Positions 11,301-23,300 of a stretch of 64,000 nucleotides of DNA are shown one piece after another (the stretch's first letter is position 1; every line of letters begins with the position of its first letter). Below the pieces are notes generated by a model that saw nothing but the letters and a program-made list of their open reading frames with translations, was not told the origin of the DNA and searched no databases. The stretch is from Chiloscyllium plagiosum (Eukaryota). Position numbers and translations under genes: made by a program. The stretch spans positions 3,773,450 to 3,837,449 of the forward strand of contig NC_057750.1 of the NCBI RefSeq assembly GCF_004010195.1, read 5' to 3'.

Positions 11301-14300
11301 AAGACCTTGGCTTAACATCTCATCCAAAAAATATTGCTGCATTCCCCCAGTACTGCCCTGGGAGTGACAGTCTCTGAAAATTGGTGTGATCAATTCTTGA
11401 TCCTTGAGTTGGTACAGCTCCAAATTCTCTCTGATCATAGCTTAGATTTAGGATGACTATTGCTATAATCCTGATTGATGTTCCTCAATTCAAATGGCCA
11501 GGATTTGCAAATTTGCAGTGATCTCCTTTGCTAAAACTCAACTGGCAATAATGATATGGCCAAGGTGGTAGCCAAACATTTATCTTCTAAATTTCACAGT
11601 GCATTAGCGCTCTGCCAGGTGGTGCTTTTCCTATTTCTCCAGGCTTACCAAATATTCCTTTTGCTTTGTAGATTGAAAAGCCCAGAGCTTTCAGGTGTGG
11701 GACATTTGGAGCCACCAGTCTACAGCAGAGGCACCTGGCAACAGGAGACTTTGAAGGCAATCTTCACATCTGGTAATAAGTTGGTTTGTTGAGTTGTTTA
11801 AAAAATGGAATTAATTGCTTAATAAAAGACTTCAAAATTGAAAGCCCTTCTTTCAATTCAAAAGCTGGCATAAAATCTAGTCTTACTAAATCCTAGAATG
11901 GTTGCAGAATGGAAGAAGGCCATTCTGTCCACTTTGTGCTGGTTTGTTGAAGGAGTAATTGAGCAAAGGACTATTCCAGATCCTAATCATTCGCTACACA
12001 GAAAATGTTTTTCTTTATTTCGCTGCTTATTTTGCCAATACCTTATATCTGTGCCTTCTGGGTCTTGATCCTTTCACCAATGAGAAGAGATTCACTCTGT
12101 CCATACCTGTCATTGTTTTGAATACCTCAAGTCTCCAATCATACTTCCCTTCCAGAGAGAACTGTCCCAATTGCTCCGTTCCATTTGTTTAATCTTTTCT
12201 ACGTAAAGCACTCATTCTGAGGACGATGGTTCCATGAACCAGATAGGATAAAGCCTATCTCTAGTACTGCACCAAGTGGCCATTTTATTTCTCTGAGTTT
12301 AGTGTTGGCTGATCAATTGTAAAGAACACAACAGCTTAATCTTGCCCTCTGACTACCTCACTTTGATAGGCCCACAAGAGAATATTCAGGAGCAGGAGCC
12401 ATTGCCTTTCCTAACTAAGCTTCCTGCCATCACAGTGACAGTCAATAAACTTTATACAACTAGGATAGTTATACCTGGATAGGACAGTTCAATGGATTAA
12501 AATATAAATACACAAGTTAGGACAGACAGATCAGGGGCAGAAGTAGGTCATTTGGACACTCAAATCTACCATTGTTCAGAGGATTTAAAAGATTCTTTCA
12601 TAGGATGTAATCATCATTGGATTTGTTGCCCATCCCTGACTGCCTTTGAGAAAGTGATGAGGTAAAAACAATGACTGCAGATGCTGGAAACCAGATTCTG
12701 GATCAGTGGTGCTGGAAGAGCACAGCAATTCAGGCAGCATCCGAGGACAGGCAAAATCGACGTTTCGGGCAAAAGCCCTCCTGATGAAGGGCTTTTGCCC
12801 GAAACGTCGATTTTGCCTGTCCTCGGATGCTGCCTGAATTGCTGTGCTCTTCCAGCACCACTGATCCAGAATTTGAGAAAGTGATGATGAGCTACCTTCT
12901 TGGCTGCAGTCTCTATGGTGTGGGTGCACCTATTGTACAGAGGTTTGGTACAACTGAGCTATGCCATTTCAGAGGACAGTTAAAAGCCAACCACAATACT
13001 CTGGGTCTGGTGTCATGTAGATCTGGCCAGGTAAGGACGGTAAAGTCCTTCCCTAAAGGGCATTAGTGAACAAGTTGAGTTTTTATGACAATCAGAAATA
13101 GCTTCATGATCATGATAAAAATCAATTTTCAATTCCAGTGTTGTAAAGAATCTGGATTTCACCAGCTGTCACATTGAAATTTGAAACAATGGAATGTCCC
13201 CAGAGCATTTGCCTTAATTAATTAACAGAGACACCTCTCTACCTTTTCCCTGACCTTCCTAAATGTCTTCTACCTTTCAGGTTCAATCCCATGTCTTCCT
13301 GCAGCCATGTCTCTGTAATGGCTACCAGAGTGGATTTATTTATTTATTTCTGTTTGTGCTCTTAGTTCATATGTTTTGCTTTGAATGCCTCACATATTCA
13401 AATGCAATGCCTTTACATTTACACCTTTATTCTTGATTCATATTATCTATCTCTTTCTGTCACAATCTGTTTATCATTTCTCATCATAATATCTTTCTCT
13501 TTGGCTTTCACTCTACTCTTTGATTTACCACAAGTGCCCTACATTTGATCACTTGGTTCACTATTCCCAGATGTGTAGTTAGCAAGAACACCAGCCCATG
13601 TACAGTTCAAATGGAGATCATTCCATCAGTACAGATCCCACTCCCCCTCCAGTAATTTAATGATCCAAAGATAGTGACCCTGTTCTGCTTCTTTAATGTG
13701 GCACCTGGCTCTTCTTACTGACAATACAGAACCTCCTGCTTTGACTTACCCATGATATTGGTACTTACATAGACCATGACAACAGAATCCTCCCCCTCCC
13801 ACTGTAGGTTCTTCTCCAGCCCTGAACAGCTATCCTGAACTATAGTACCCAACAGCAGCAAAGTTGTCTGGACTTGCACTCTTTGCTGGAGGACAATATC
13901 AATCTTCCTCACTGCACTGACCCCTAACACCACTAATATTCCTTTCTCCTTATCCGTTTTCCTTTACCACAGTGTGATGTTCAGTAGGCCCATCTATCCT
14001 ATGGCCCTCACCCTTAACCAAATAAGCTGAAATAATCTCAAACCTGTTGGACAATTGCAAATGCTGCCCTCTGAGTCCCCTTACCCACTTCACCCACAGT
14101 GACACCCTCCTGTCCTTGAATACTGACCAAATGAGACCAATCTTGAGAGGTATGACTGCCTCCTCACACATAAAATTTATCAAAATTCCCCTCTCCCTCA
14201 CGTGTCACTGTGTTTGTAGATGAATGTCCAGCTTATATGTCCAGTTTGAACTGCTTGATCTTCAAACATTTCCTGCAGATGTGTTTGCTTTGGACCAAAC

Positions 14301-17300
14301 TGGCATCCAGGACACATCGCCTGTCCTGCCTTCCTTAAGGTGTTCTATTGTTACTTACTTATTTTATTCAACCTTGTATTTACCAATTTTTAAAAATATA
14401 CTTCCTTAACATTCACCGGTTGCTATACTATGTCGATCCTTAGGAATAGAATAAATCTTAGTCACTTACCAGATAATCAGAGTAAAAATCAATTCCTGAA
14501 TACTGACATTGGTGAAGGTAAAAGCAAGGAGCACCTCTTTTCATTGCTCTCCTTAATTTCTTTTATAATTTAACTCCAGCATTCCGTTGTAAGTCACACT
14601 CAAGTGCTTAGTTCTCATTAAGTTGGATAGTTCAATATGCAGTATCTAGGAGTCATTATTCAAAATCAGAGTCCCACTGCTTATAGAAAATGTCTTTTGT
14701 GCCCCATGAGGAGTTCCCAAAACCTTTTAGCTTGACCTGGTTGGTCTCAGAAATAAAGATTAATCACCCAGAAACCCCCCAGGAAGCAGCTGCATCAGAC
14801 AGATGTACAACAAACAGAAGATGCAGGCCCCATCTGGGATGCAATGAAATTCCAGAAAATGATGCAAGGAATAGTGCAGTTTCTGAAGGAATATGTGTGG
14901 CCACCACTGATTCAACATGAGGGTGGGCCAGATCAAACTGGGAGGTCATGTGATGTGAAATCTTAGGTTAAATCCAGATAATAACAACAACTTTATTTAT
15001 GTAGCATCTTTGTCTTAATAAGGGGGTTTCAACTCAACAGTAATAGGGACAGCTATCATTCTCTCCTGCTACATGAAAATGTGAGTATGAAAGCACCTAA
15101 AAACTCACTTGTTGTCACTCCACAGGAACTTGGAAGCATCTGAAACTCCCCTCTACTCAGCCAAAGCACATCAAGAAATCATTAACTGTATTGATGGTGT
15201 GGGTGGGCTTGAAAATGGACATGGGGCCCCAGAGATTGTCACTGGCAGCAGGGATGGTGAGTACTTCTACAAATAGTATGCACTGGAACCAGACAGGAGA
15301 TAAAGACTTTTCTTTAATGTTGCTTGAAAGGATATTGAGAGCAGATTCACAAAGAGGAATTGAAAAGGAGAAATTTGCAAGTTTGGGAATCAAGAAGGGT
15401 GTGCGACCATTTGGATAGCTCTTTTAAAGAGCTGACACAAAGCACAATGGGCTGAATGGTCTCTTGTGAATCTCTAGCATTCTATGAAATCAAGGCTTGG
15501 CACTATTCTTTATCCTAAACCTGGGATCTTAAACTATCTAAATTGCAGATTCTGAAAATCTGAAATAAAAACAGAAAGTGTTGAAAGTATTCAACAGGTC
15601 AGGCAGCAAGGATCTGTAAAAAGAGAAGAACCAAGGCAATGTTTCAGATGATTAATTTCTTGTCAAACTAGGTAGCCCTTTCACTTCCTTCTTTCTACAA
15701 ACCACGTGCATTTAAAAGAAAAAAACTACAGATGCTGGGAATATGAAATAAAACCAGAAAACTCAAAGGTTAACTTTGTGTCTCTATCCAAAGACACTGC
15801 CAGGCCTGCTGAGTTTCTCCAACATTTTCTGTTTTTATTAAGAGCTTTAAAAACCCAGATTTAAGAAACAGGGCCAAAAACTCAGCAAATCTGCCCCTTT
15901 GGGTGAAACATATCAAAAAAGGTCATGTTATTAAACAATGTAAATGAGTGCCATTGCTAATCAAAAATTTTGATCAATTAGCAGATAATGTTCCCAACTA
16001 CTTACACAACTGCATTATTTGTGATGATCTGTATCAATTTGAAATGTTCAGCAGATAGTGTCAGAGGCTCCCATACTAACACAGATTTTCCACCAAAATA
16101 TAATCCACACCTTTTCTTGAGGCTCTCCTACATTTTGACCTCGTCTTCATAGTTCCATCTTCCATAATTTGCAGCTTATTTGAAAGGCCTCAAGTTCTCA
16201 CCCATCCAGAATTCCATAGTTCCATCGCTGGGTCAATATTGATGAAATCCTATCCTTACAGTACTTTGGGTGTTCTGACACACCAAGGATGCAGTGGTTT
16301 AAGAAGGCAGTCACTACTACCTTCTCAAGGGCAATTAGTAATGGGTAATAAATGCTGGCCCAGCCACATCCCTTCAGTGATTTCTTTTTAAAAACAAGAC
16401 TCCCAGACATGAGGGTGCAATGGTTTCTTATGCCCTTTCAATTTAGTACAACCTCATTAAGAGACCAACAGTCAAACATGCACCAGTTTTAAAGTGGCAC
16501 CAGCAAAAGCAGCCTTGTTTTAGACTTTTGCTTAAGGCTAACATCACTGACAATGTAACATGCTCTGTGTATCACACCTGTATGTCTCCCTGATCCAGAA
16601 TATTCAAGTTACCACAGTATATTGTTTCAGTCCGTGTTACACTTATTCCCAGAAAAATGTGACAGAAAGAGAGTAACTAGATAGCTCTATCAAAGAATCA
16701 ACATAGGCACAATGGGCCAATTAATCACTTAGAATCATATAGTCCTACGGCACAGCAACAGGCCCTTTGACCCAAACTGGTCCATGCCAACCAAAATGTC
16801 TGGCCACACTTAACCCCATTTCCCTGCCCATATCCTTCTAATCCTTTTCTATCCAAGTATTTGTCCAAATGTCTTTTAAATGTTGTTAATGTACCTGCCT
16901 CAACTACTTCTGCTGGCAACTCATTCCATGTGCGTACCACTCTCTCTGGTTTCCTTTTATTCTTTCCTCTCTAACCTTAAACTGATGCCCTCTCGACCTT
17001 GATTCCCCAACCTTGGGAAAAAAACTGAAAAAGGCATTCACCCTATCCATGTCTCTCATGATCTTATACACCTGTATAAGGTCCCCCTCAGTCTCCTAAG
17101 CTCTCAAGAAAAATGTCCTAGCTTATCCAACCTCTCCCTATAACTCAGACCATTGAGTCCAGGCAACATCCTTGTAAATCTCTTCTGCACTCTTTACAAT
17201 TTAATAACATCTTTCCTATAGCAAGGTGACAAAACTGAACACAATACTCCAAGTGTGGCCACACCAATGTCCTATACAATTGCAACATAACTTTCCAACC

Positions 17301-20300
17301 TCTATACTCAATACCCTGACTGATGAAGGCCAGTGTGCCAAAAGCCTTCTTCACAGCCCTGTCTACCAGGGACTCCACTTTCAGAGAACTGTGCACCTGA
17401 ACTCCAAGATCCCTCTGTGGCACTACACTCCTTAAGGCCCTACCATCCACCATGAAACTCTTACCATGACTTGATTTTCCAAAGTGCAAGACCTCACACT
17501 TATCTATATTAAACTCCATCTGCCATTTCTCAGCCCACTTCCCCAGCTGATCAAGGTCCTGCTGCAATTTCTGATAACCTTCCTCACTGTCCACGATACA
17601 ACCTATTTTAGTGTCATCAGCAAACTTACTAATTATGCCTTGTGCATTCTCATCCGAATCATTGATATAGATAACGAACAGTAATGGGCCCAGCATCGAC
17701 CCCTGAGGCACTCCACTAATCGCAGTCCTCCAGTCCGACAAGCATCCTTCCACTATTACCCTGTATTTCCTACTGGCAAGTCAATTATGTATCCAATTCA
17801 CCAGCTCACTCTGGATTCCATGCCATCTAACCTTCCAGCGCAGCCTACCTTATGGAACTTCATCAAAGGCCTTACTGAAATCCATATAGACTACATCTAC
17901 CACCCTGGCCTTGTCAACCTTTCTGGTCACTTAATCAAAGAACTGTAACAAATTTGTGGGGCATGATCTCCCACTCACAAAACCATTCTAACTACTCCTA
18001 ATCAAACCCTGTTTTTCCAAATGCATGTATATCTTATCCCTCAGAATCTTCTCAAGTAACTTACCTACCACAGATGTTAAACTTACTGGTCTATAGTTCT
18101 CAGGTTTTTCTTTGCAACCCTTCTTGAATAATGGCACAACATTCACTACCCTCCAATCTTCCGGGACCTCACCCTTGGCTAATGATGATGCAAAAATGTC
18201 AGCCAGGGCCCCCGCAATTTCTTCTCCAGCCTCTTGCAGTGTTCTTGAATATATCTGGTCAGGATCAGGAAATTTATCCACCTTCAATCATTCTAATACT
18301 TCTAACACCTCCTCTACTGTGATATGAACCCAAGATATCACCACTAACTTCCCCAAGTCTTCATATCTTTCTCCATGGTAAACACAAAGGAGAAATATTC
18401 ATTAAGAACCTCACCCATCTCCTACGGTTCCAAACATTCATGTCCACTTTGGTCCTTGAGGGGTCCTATTCCCTCTAGTTAATCTTTTTCTTTTAATAAA
18501 TTTAAAGTGCCTCTTTGGATGCACCCTAATCTTATCAGCCAAGGCTATCTCATGCCCCCTTTTCGCCCTCCTGATTTCTTTCTTCAGTAAACTTTGTGAG
18601 ATTCTGTAACTTTCTGTAGTTATCACCAGAACATATCTGGTATTTTACTTTGAATGAATGAATAGTGCTCTTGCCAAACTTCCAGTCCCATTATTATTAA
18701 ACATGTAAAAATATTAGGCATTTTGATGGATGGGAATGTATTTATGGTCACAGTATCCTCAAGATACAGAATTAGAATCAGAGCGAGATAAGGAGAAAGT
18801 TTTTTTTTGTGCTGAGTTGTTGTGATCTGGAATTCTCTGCTGAAAAGAGCAATGGAACAAGATTCAATCATAGAGTCATAGAGATGTACAGAACGGAAAC
18901 AGACCCTTCAGTCCAACACATCTATGGCGACCAAATATCCTAATCTCAAGAAAAAACCACGACAAGCAGACCAAACACAGCCAGAAACCCTATCCACCTT
19001 ACCATACATAAAAGAAGTTTCAGAAATGACAGCCAGACTACTAAGACCCCTCGGAATCCTAGTAGCACACAAACTCACCAACACTCTCAAACAAAAACTA
19101 ACAAACTTAAAAGACCCAGTACAACCCATGGACAAAACCAACGTCATCTACAAAATTCCATGCAAGGAGAAAATGAACAGGAAATGACATCACCACAAAC
19201 CCCAGGAACCCTATCCAGGACAAACCTATAAATAGAAAACAGGAGACAGTTTCGCTTCACTTGGAGGTCGCCACTGATGATGTTACCTAGCCAGGTAATG
19301 AAACATCTGGATATCAAACCTACAGCTCAGCGAGCAAACTTACACCCTATATCCAAATCTAATCTAGTCCCATTTGCCAGCACTTGACCCTCTAAACCAT
19401 TCCTATTAGATTAGATTCCCTACAGTGTGGAAACAAACCCTTCAGCACAACAATTCCACACTGACCCTCTGAAGAATAACCCACCCAGACCCATTCCTCT
19501 ACATTTACCCCTGACTAATGCACCTAATATACACATCCCTGAACACTACAGGCAATTTAGCATGGCCAATTCACCTGACCTGCACATCTTTGGATTGTGG
19601 GAGGAAACCGAAGCACCCGGAGGAAACCCACACAGACACTGGGGGAATATGCAAACTCCACACAGTCACCCGAGGTTGGAATTGAACCCGTGCTGCCCCT
19701 ATTCATATACCCATCCAGGTGTCTTTTAAATGCTGTAATTGTACCAGCCTCCACCACTTTCTCTGGCAGCTTATCCCCTACATGCACCACCCTCTGTGTG
19801 AAAAAGTTGTCCCTTCGGTCCATTTAAAATTTTCCCCTCTCACTCTAAACTTATGCCCTCTAGTTCTGGACTCCCTCACCCCAGGAAAAAGATCGTCTAT
19901 TTATTCTTTCCATGCCCCTCATGATTTTATAAACTGATATAAAGTCGCCCCTCATCCTCCAACGCTCCAGGGAAAACATCCCCAGCCTATTCAGCCTCTC
20001 CCTATAGCTCAAACCCTCCAACCCTGGCAACATCCTTGTAAATCCTTTCTGAACCTTTTCAAGTTTAACAACATCCTTCCGAAAGGAAGGAGACCAGAAT
20101 AGCACGCAGTATTCCAAACGTGGCCTAACCAATGTCCTGTACAGGCGCAAGTGAGGACTGCAAATGCTGGAGATTAGAGTCGAGAGTGTGGTGCTGGAAA
20201 AAACACAGCAGGTCAGGCAGCATCCGAGGAACAGGAAAATTGACATTTCGAGCAAAAGCCCTTCAAAGTAAAAGCATCAATATCCTGTACAACCTTACCA

Positions 20301-23300
20301 TGACCTCCCAAATCCTATGCTTAATGCTCTTAGCAATAAAGGAACGCATACCAAACGCCTTCTTCACTATCCTATCTACCTGCGACTCCACTTTCAAGAA
20401 ACTATGAACCTGCACTCCAAGGTCTCTTTGTTCAGCAACACTCCCAGGACCTTACCATTAGTGTATAAGTCCTGCTAAGATTTGCTTTTCCAAAATGCAG
20501 CACCTCACATTTATTGAAAGCAAACTCCACCTGTCACTCCTCAGCCCATTGGTCCACCTGATCAAGAACCTGTTGTACTGAGGTAACCTTCTTTGCCCCA
20601 ATTTTGGTGTCATCTGCAAACTTATTAACCATACCTCCAATCACAAGTTCGAAAAGGGATATTGGAAAGTGGAATGGGGAATGAATATAAGAGCAGAGGT
20701 AATCATAGGCTGACACAAGGATCACAGGGTGTGTAATCTTTGTGTTGTATTGTCATTTAAAATGGATAAACAGAAAGTAAGAAGTCTGAGTCAAAACAGA
20801 ACCGAGTTATCTGGACTTTGATAGTAAGAGCTAACAGGCTGCTCTCTTGCTACATGTTGGAATGAATTTATGGCCCAATTCCTGGCATGGATGTTGATAA
20901 CACAATGTTTATGCTTTGAAGCTATCTACTGAGCCAAGCTGACTCAGGCTGGTTCAAGAGCTGATAACCCATGAAGCAGCACTTTATTGGGTTAGAAGGA
21001 GTTTGGAAGGCAGTGTGCATGTGGATAGGCAATGAAGAATAGCAGACACTTGTGACCTCCTGAGTCTTGTACCTTCTCTCCCAGGTACAGTGAAGGTCTG
21101 GGATTCACGGCAAAAGGACCTTCCTGTGGCCAACATGGAGCCTGCAGTAGGATTCAACAGGAGAGATTGTTGGACAGTTGCTTTTGGTAAGTTGCAGCTC
21201 ATAGAATCTGCAACACTGTTCACAATACATGCCACACATTTACATCCACATCCTTAAAGAATGTTTGTTTTGGGCTGGTTTACAGGCCACTCATGCACCC
21301 AGTGGGACCGCTGTGTTTGTGCCGGATATGACAATGGGGATATTAAACTATTTGACTTACGAAACATGGAAGTGCGATGGGAGACAAACGTCAAGAGTGG
21401 GGTGAGTTGAGTGATTTGGTTCTCATAGAGTCATACAGCACGGAAATAGACCCTTCAGTCCAATCAGTCCCTGCCAACATAATCCCATACAAACCTTACC
21501 TGCCTGCTGCTGGCTCATTTATGAGCTTCATTAACTTTAGCTCCCATTCTGAGCTGAGCTAGTGCATTTCAACTGAGGCAGCAATGGAGGTTGAAGCCAG
21601 ATGTACTTCCCCGCTGTTCAGTTCAGTTAAGCCTGCATGGACATGGGATTGCTATCCAGGGTCAGTCACAGTACTTTGCCTCTGTGTCATAGGGTCCTGG
21701 ATTCAAGTCTTAGTCCAAAGATATGAACACATAGTCTAAGCCAACAATTCAGTGGAGTACTGAGGGTGTGCAGCACTTTTGAAAGTGCTGTTTTTTGGAT
21801 GGGATATTAAGCCATCAAAGCCTGCTCTCTGTGGTATTTTGAAAAATGGGATTTCTGCCCAATTTTTATTGTAAAGTAATATAATTAACAGAACCTGAAT
21901 ATCACTGAGAAACACACTTTATTGAAACTTTTCATCCTGCACTCATCAGGACAATTCTCAAGGAATACCGATGTAAAAGGAAAACAACATTTTTACTGTA
22001 TGAGTGCTGATTGGTTGGAAAGTGGAGTCCAATCAGCTTTCTAACTGGTGCACACACCCTGACAGTGCATGTACCAATTAGAGTCCATTTGCCAAACAAT
22101 CAACATGTACACTATAAATGTTGATTTCCCTGAATATTGGCATTTCTTCCAAATTGTCCTGATATGTGCAAGTTGAAAATCTACAGCAAAGGTTTTTTCT
22201 CAGCAAAAAAAAAGTTTGTTAACGGTTATGATTAGATTAGATTCCCTACAGTGTGGAAACAGGCCCTTCGGCCCAACCAGTCCACACCGACCTTCCGAAG
22301 AGTAACCCACCCAGACCCATTTCCCTCTGAATGATGCACCTAACACTATGGGCAATTTAGCATGGCCAATTCACCTGACCTGTACATCTTTGGATTGTGG
22401 GAGGAAACCCACGCAGACACGGGGAGAATGTGCAAACTCCACACAGTCAGTTGCCCGATGCTGGAACTGAACCTCGGTCCCTAGTGCTGTGAGGTAGCAG
22501 TGCTAACCACTGAGCCACCCTGCTGTTTATGGGAGCTTTCAATGTGTAAATTATCTTGTGATTCCCACATTGCAGAAATAACTACATTACAAAAATACTT
22601 GATCAATCATAAAGATACACGGGATCTATTGAGGCTGTAAAAATGCTATATAAAGGCATGTTTGTTTCTTCACTGGCTCTTGTTTAAAAGGTGCTGTTTC
22701 TGAACACCTGAGAAGTATAGAATTGAGCTGAGATGGCATGTCCCCAGTGATCAATGTTTTTGCCAATGGTCATCTGTGATCACAGATTGGAAAAAGTGGC
22801 CATTTGATCACAGCTGTAAGGATATTATTTATACAAAATGTGGCTGAGCAAATGAACTAACTATGGTTTGCAGCTGATTAAGCCAATAATTTTATTTTAA
22901 CATTAACTCTGGGGTAGGTTTGCTGTGTAGAGTTTGATGGAAAGGACATAAGTTTGAACAAACTGGTGGCAACGACGTTGGAAGGAAGGGTCCATGTCTT
23001 CAATATGCAGAAGTATCACAGAAACAGTGGCTTTACCTGTCGGAGTGAGAAGGTAAGATGCTGTTGGGTGGAATTGATACAATAATACAATTGTACAGTT
23101 ATGTAAAGCTCTCATCAGACGCTAATTTGGAGTAATGGCGTTCAGGTTTGGGCATTGCACTTCAGGAGGTAGATATTGGAGAGGATGCAGTGTCAATTTA
23201 CCAGAATGTTTGGACTAATGGGTAAATTATTACGGTGGGTTGCACATCAGGACTTGTTCTCCTTTGAATATAAAAGATTAAGGGATGTTCTAATTGAAGT

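Larger units (their letters stand above)
18872..20640 (-). mobile_element. CR1/HER1-type LINE 3' fragment carrying nested insertions
   Basis: KFADDTKIG (20534..20725), [19 protein letters not shown] (19860..20255); tail atagagtcatagag. Confidence 0.85.

Noticed and set aside
12585-13066. Recurrent short ORFs of the [10 protein letters not shown] / [12 protein letters not shown] type
   Set aside because: Translations of the non-coding Penelope terminal repeat, found at every copy.
17145-18287. Reverse-transcriptase ORFs as an active LINE or domesticated gene
   Set aside because: 5'-truncated, with frameshifts and stops between the ORF pieces.
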